From: Candidatus Poribacteria bacterium
GTDB taxonomy: Bacteria; Poribacteria; WGA-4E; WGA-3G
Assembly (NCBI GenBank): GCA_965205025.1
Contig: CBDBFU010000012.1
Location: forward strand, 192,001 to 256,000
Direction of reading: 5' to 3'
DNA: 64,000 bases
The notes under the pieces are model-generated. The model saw only the letters and a list, made by a program, of their open reading frames with translations. It made no database searches and was not told where the DNA came from. Each line of letters starts with the position of its first letter. Position 1 is the first letter of the stretch. Positions 59,245 through 64,000 of this stretch are shown piece by piece. The position numbers and the translations under genes were made by a program.

Positions 59245-60897
59245 CTTTTCTTCTGTAATGGTAATAAATTGATTAGATTCAACATCTTTCAATGTCTGAA
59301 CATGACCACAAATCCATTCCACTGTCACCAAATCAATCTTCTCAACATTTCCTAAACCAAAATGTAATCTCATATCATTCTGACTGAGATATCCCGAACC
59401 ACTCTTAACCTCCCGAATTTGGGTTAAGTTATCTGTCCTAACAGACACACGTGCTCCAATAGCATCTTTTGCACAATGCATCCCCACAAGTCTTACAGAT
59501 AACCAATTCCGTGAGTTTCCATTCTCATTACGGATAACAGTCGGGGAATCTTTAAGGTTTGCTACAACAATATCCACATCACCATCATTATCAATATCTC
59601 CAAATGCTGTTCCTCTACTTACTTTGTGTGGTAAAGCCAGATCTACCTCTTCAAATGTAACCCCTTCTTTACTCATAAATAGTTGGTTAGGCTGTGTGTA
59701 TGTACCCACAGGATCATAATCTTCAACATTATCATCCAAATGTCCGTTAGCAACAAAGAGATCCAACCAACCATCGTTGTTAAAATCCATGAAATCCACA
59801 CCCCAAGCCAAATACGGTAGACTCTTTGCTCCTATTCCGATTGGAAAACTCACATCCTTAAAATACTTCTCATGCTCATTATGATAGATGTTATTTACCT
59901 GATCCTGAAAATTCGTAATGACAATATCCAGAAATCCGTCATTGTCATAATCACCAAGATTTGCTCCCATTCCGCTATAAGGACGTCCTTCCTCACTTAA
60001 CGCAACACCACTAAATAAGGCATCTTCAGTAAACGTGCCATCTCCATTGTTATAGTAGAGCATATCAGGTGTTGTGTCATTCGCAATAAAAATATCTATA
60101 TCACCATCATTATCCACATCGCCACAAACCACACCCAAACCTTTTCCCGCAGGGGCAGTAATACCTGCTTTTTCGGTTACATCAGTAAACGTTCCGCCAC
60201 CATTGTTACGGTAGAGTATATCTGCTTCGGCATTGAGTGCTTCAGGTGTGCAATACACAGGAATATCTTGATGGGTACACTCAGGATTAGATTCTGTATC
60301 AAATTGAACATAATTGACAACATATAGATCAAGGTATCCATCCGCATCATAATCTATAAAAGCACACCCACTACTGAATTGACTACCACCCACACCTGTC
60401 TGATCGGTTACATCGGTAAATGTACCATCACCATTATTCTTATATAGTATATTCTTACCATAATTTGTTACATACAAATCGACGAATCCATCATTATTGA
60501 AATCACCTACGCAACATCCATTCCCGTATCCGATATCCCCCACAGAGGCGTCATTTGTCACATCGGTATACTTACCATTATCGTTGCGATATAACACATT
60601 CGTCGCACCTTTTTCAGATGCAACCCATGGTAAATCCGAGCCGTTAACCAAGTACAAATCTAAATCTCCATCATTATCATAATCAAATAAAGCCAAACCT
60701 CTACCGAGGGGTTCGATAAAGTACTTCCTACCACTCTCTCCATTGACATCTTGAAAATCAATTCCAAGTTCATCTGTTATCTCACTAAAAACTGGATTAT
60801 CAGATAAAAAAGGCGAGTCCTGAGTCAATGTATTCTTTACTGGAAAAAGTAGAAAAAGAATGGATAGAATCCACATGAAATATACAGTCAGTCTCAT
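59242..60897 (-). CDS. CRTAC1-like protein (FG-GAP/VCBS repeats + ASPIC/UnbV domain)
   Basis: Repeated D(Y/F)DNDG..DL motifs; C-terminal AIGARV...SGSGYLSQ...LHFGLG. Confidence 0.92.
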   Translation of the reverse strand: MRLTVYFMWILSILFLLFPVKNTLTQDSPFLSDNPVFSEITDELGIDFQDVNGESGRKYFIEPLGRGLALFDYDNDGDLDLYLVNGSDLPWVASEKGATNVLYRNDNGKYTDVTNDASVGDIGYGNGCCVGDFNNDGFVDLYVTNYGKNILYKNNGDGTFTDVTDQTGVGGSQFSSGCAFIDYDADGYLDLYVVNYVQFDTESNPECTHQDIPVYCTPEALNAEADILYRNNGGGTFTDVTEKAGITAPAGKGLGVVCGDVDNDGDIDIFIANDTTPDMLYYNNGDGTFTEDALFSGVALSEEGRPYSGMGANLGDYDNDGFLDIVITNFQDQVNNIYHNEHEKYFKDVSFPIGIGAKSLPYLAWGVDFMDFNNDGWLDLFVANGHLDDNVEDYDPVGTYTQPNQLFMSKEGVTFEEVDLALPHKVSRGTAFGDIDNDGDVDIVVANLKDSPTVIRNENGNSRNWLSVRLVGMHCAKDAIGARVSVRTDNLTQIREVKSGSGYLSQNDMRLHFGLGNVEKIDLVTVEWICGHVQTLKDVESNQFITITEEK

Positions 60898-61193
60898 AAA
60901 TATGAATCGTTCCTACCGATAATATGACCTTTCGTAGGGGCAGGTTCTCCTTACCCTAATAGTGTCAATTTTAGCATTAACGTCAGTTTGACAATAAAAA
61001 AATGTCAGTTCGATAAACAGAATTTTGTCCTGAAGATAGTCTTTGTAGCACAAACTTTCCAGTTTGTGCACTCTGGTGTTAACTAAAAGATCGGGTTACA
61101 GTGTGCTTATCAAACTCACGTTAGCATTAGGATCTTTGTAGGCATGATTCCGATCCCCGATCCTTTCATTATATTGTACCTGATAAGATCTAA
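60883..61193. mobile_element. Cluster of nested short-TIR/REP elements (G, D end, E with A-type hairpin, F)
   Basis: G end at 60883, GTAG hairpin at 60934, D left end at 60959. E TIR taacgtcagtttga (60978) / tcaaactcacgtta (ends 61123) encloses gtagcacaaactttccagtttgtgc (61045). F ends taggatctt / aagatctaa. Confidence 0.7.
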
Positions 61194-61376
61194 GTATTCT
61201 CCAAAAATATCATTTATGAAATATAGTTTTTTATATCGCATAGTAAACGGATTATGATATAATCAGATAAAATAGTCCTTCATAAATACCAGTCTTTTAA
61301 TCTATAATTCTGGTGAATATATTATAGATGTTCCACTTGTTATTATCCAATTAAGTTTGAAACCAGGAGAGAAATA

Positions 61377-62342
61377 ATGGCAAATTTACGTTTTGGTGTT
61401 GTCGGTTTAGGTATGGGAATGAATCGATCAAGTATTATCCACAGCACAGAGGGTGCTGAACTCGTCGCTGTTGCTGATCTTGATGAAAATCGACGGAAGG
61501 CAGCAGAGGAAAGGTTTGGGTGTGAAAGTCATGACGACGCTTTAGAAATGTTTGATCGAGATGATATTGATGTAGGAATGATTATGACACCAAGTGGTCT
61601 CCACGGCAAGTTCGGGGAAGAAGCAGCACGCCGCGGAAAACATGTCATTACCACAAAACCTATGGATGTGAGCGTCGAAAATTGTAATTCGCTCATCAAA
61701 ACCTGTGAAGAGAATAATGTAAAACTGCTTGTTGACTTTGGCGAACGGTACGGAAATCATAATCGAAGAATTAAAACTGCTTTAGATCAAGGGGCACTCG
61801 GCAGACCTTTACTGTGTGAACTCCGGATGAAATGGAAACGACCTGATAGCTACTATGTCGGTTGGCATGGTACATGGGAATTTGATGGTGGTGGTTCAAT
61901 TATGAACCAAGGGGTACACTATATTGATCTAATGTTGTGGTTTATGGGACCTGTAAAACGGATCATAGGTGCTCATTTTGATGTTTACGACCACGAAAAT
62001 TGCGAAACAGAAGATATGACCTCTGCCATATTAGAATTTGAAAACGGTGCTCTTGGACACGTTTTGACGACGACAACATTTCCTGGAAGTAGTGTTTCAA
62101 TGATTCACATTCATGGCGAGAAAGGCATTGTCGGTCTTGGACCAGAAATGTGGCAGTTCGCTGACGATGAAGAACCTGAAATTGAACTTCCAGCATATCC
62201 TGACAATGTTATTCAGGATGCACTACAAGTTATTAACGATGGCGCGTCCCCAGCAGTTGATGGTTATGAAGGTAGACGATCCGTTGAACTCAACATGGCT
62301 ATATATGAATGTGCCCGAACAGGAAAACCCATTACAATGTAA
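61377..62342 (+). CDS. Gfo/Idh/MocA family oxidoreductase
   Basis: VVGLGMG, TPSGLH, GKHVITTKP, GGGSIMNQGVHYID. Confidence 0.92.
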   Translation: MANLRFGVVGLGMGMNRSSIIHSTEGAELVAVADLDENRRKAAEERFGCESHDDALEMFDRDDIDVGMIMTPSGLHGKFGEEAARRGKHVITTKPMDVSVENCNSLIKTCEENNVKLLVDFGERYGNHNRRIKTALDQGALGRPLLCELRMKWKRPDSYYVGWHGTWEFDGGGSIMNQGVHYIDLMLWFMGPVKRIIGAHFDVYDHENCETEDMTSAILEFENGALGHVLTTTTFPGSSVSMIHIHGEKGIVGLGPEMWQFADDEEPEIELPAYPDNVIQDALQVINDGASPAVDGYEGRRSVELNMAIYECARTGKPITM

Positions 62343-62882
62343 AATCTCAAATTATCTTTTATATCCGGTGCGGTTCCCATAGAATTCATTCACGAATTCT
62401 ACTTTAATCCCCGCATCGGATATCCATACTCTCAAAATTATTTATACAGAAATAGAAAACAAGCTCAAACAAATACAACACGCACAATAAATTATCCTTT
62501 AATATCCCTTTCTGATTTTTCCAAACTATATTTATTCAAAAAAATAAAATGAAGAAAACAAAAACTTCTAACAACAAATATACATACATCACAACAACCT
62601 AAAGTAAATTAAAAATATATGTCAAAATAAACTGGAGAATAGGATTATCTATGTTAGAATTACAACTAAAAACATCAGAAATCTTAACAATTGAGAATCA
62701 TTCACAAATCATATATATTCGTAGCCTAATAAAACAGGTACAGTGGATTATCAAAGTCAGTTTCACCACATATTTTTTTAGTTTTTCAAATTTTAAAATT
62801 TTACACCTATTAATCAAATCCTTTGTTATCCCAATCCCTAACAGGGTTTACAGCGAATTAAAAAGTCATTTTTTTAAAAGCG

Positions 62883-62927
62883 ACTCAAAAAACTTGAAAA
62901 ACTTGAAAAACTCAAAAAACTTGAAAA
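62883..62927 (+). repeat. 9-bp tandem repeat x5
   Basis: actcaaaaa acttgaaaa acttgaaaa actcaaaaa acttgaaaa. Confidence 0.85.
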
Positions 62928-62972
62928 TAGACCTATTTCAAACAATGCACACTATCATATACATCAGTAAAC

Positions 62973-63116
62973 TACAGTGTATCTCATTACTACGAAGCGT
63001 CTATACAGATAGAATTTTCTTCGTAGTGGCAGGATTTCCCTGTCCATTGGTTCAAAATATTGCAAATGGTAAAACCAATGAATCCTCCAAATCTATGATT
63101 TATGAGATATGTTCTA
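62973..63116. mobile_element. Family G element with both ends and a central GTAG hairpin
   Basis: tacagtgtatctcattact ... gtagtggcaggatttccctgtcca ... atttatgagatatgttcta. Confidence 0.65.
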
Positions 63117-63244
63117 ATGCCTTGTCAAAATCAAAGGATAAGATATTTCACATTCAAACAATTCCAAATCAATGGATCAAAAGAAAAGTAAAAGACACAA
63201 AATTCATCCACAATTTATATTTGGTGCAAATTCTTGTAACCTTA

Positions 63245-63324
63245 AAAAAGTGGCTCTAAACCCAGTGTACTACTGACGAGAAAGAGGTTTTACCAATGTC
63301 ACACCATGTGACAAAAAGTGTAAC
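63245..63324. repeat. Bipartite conserved site, copy 2
   Basis: aaaaagtggctctaaacccagt-N30-tgtcacaccatgtgacaaaaagtgtaac. Confidence 0.8.
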
Positions 63325-63402
63325 TTTTATCAACATATTGGTAATATATAATTAACTATTCGTGAACAACTAAAACAGTAAATTACACAAGAATTACCCT
63401 TG

Positions 63403-63451
63403 AATAACTAAAAACTAAAAACTATAAACTATAAACTGTTAACTGTTAACT
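63403..63451 (+). repeat. Heptamer tandem array x7
   Basis: aataact aaaaact aaaaact ataaact ataaact gttaact gttaact. Confidence 0.85.
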
Positions 63452-63716
63452 AATACCATTTCTAATTGAAAATGTCTCTTTTTTGTACCACAAACTTTAT
63501 GAAGATAAAGAAAATATTTCGGTAATTCTAATTTTCCAAAACCCGGTAGGTGCGGTTTCCTAACCACGGGGAATGCTAAATAGCATTCATACCGTTGATT
63601 TGGATCTTTTTCCAAAATTACCGAATTTAAATATTAATCTTCATTCAGTTTGTGACCTGAAAAATGGCTACCATAATAACCGCCTAATGAGACAATAATT
63701 TATAGTAATAGTATAA
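63451..63716. mobile_element. Three-layer nest: family A > family B (63499-63644) > small hairpin (63566-63595)
   Basis: A ends taataccatttct / agtaatagtataa. B ends atgaagataaag..ttcggtaat / attaccgaa..taatcttcat. The B REP is interrupted by acggggaatgcta-aa-tagcattcataccgt. Confidence 0.75.
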
Positions 63717-64000
63717 TAACCATAAGTTCTGTCATATTCAGGAAAAAACTTTAAATATCCTTATGTGCTTTTAACCTTGACTTAAACATTCTACATAGGA
63801 TATAATTGACACAACGTATATATTTGTGACTTAGGTATAGAAGGTTTAATCATATTAAGTATTACCACGTAATGTAAAAGGCAACATCGTTAATCTAAGA
63901 AGAGAAAGTTCAACCGTATAAACAATTTACAAGATTAATCTTATATTATCTGATTATCACTGAATGCTACTTATAATAGCGATATAACAGGTAACCCCAC

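Noticed and set aside
62651-63259. 202-aa ORF
   Set aside because: It runs through the 9-mer array, element G and the bipartite site, has low-complexity K/I/F/S composition and shows no recognisable motif. Probably spurious.
62343-64000. Replication origin
   Set aside because: No cluster of TTATCCACA DnaA boxes (only a single near match at ~63204) and no adjacent dnaA in the window.

Overview
This is an AT-rich bacterial chromosomal window. Gene content suggests Candidatus Poribacteria (inference): LamG proteins ending in a 'K-x-x-x-T-W-G-x-L-K' tail, a cytochrome c/LRR/cohesin/dockerin/FlgD-CTD giant protein, a sulfatase, ASPIC/UnbV, WD40, Uma2 and DUF6785-type transporter genes. Recognisable housekeeping genes are rnj, leuS, nfo, obg, proB, an NFACT/RqcH gene and an HhH-GPD glycosylase gene. 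A PVC-type MoxR/DUF58/BatA-VWA/prenyltransferase-repeat cluster (3.3-21.3 kb) is interrupted by a gene encoding DarT toxin and a DarG macrodomain in one polypeptide. The strongest unexplained signal is non-coding. Several families of 100-330 bp elements with short terminal inverted repeats each carry a GTAG-hairpin (REP-like) core and are nested inside one another. At two loci one family sits in the hairpin loop of another, and empty copies are present for comparison. Other signals are a two-block site with a fixed 30-nt variable spacer (beside darTG and at 63.2 kb), heptamer arrays in front of operon genes, a GIY-YIG plus DUF2971 candidate defence pair, and a possible PorV-linked C-terminal sorting system. 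I found no rRNA, tRNA, CRISPR array or transposase. All calls come from reading motifs by eye; no database searches were run.
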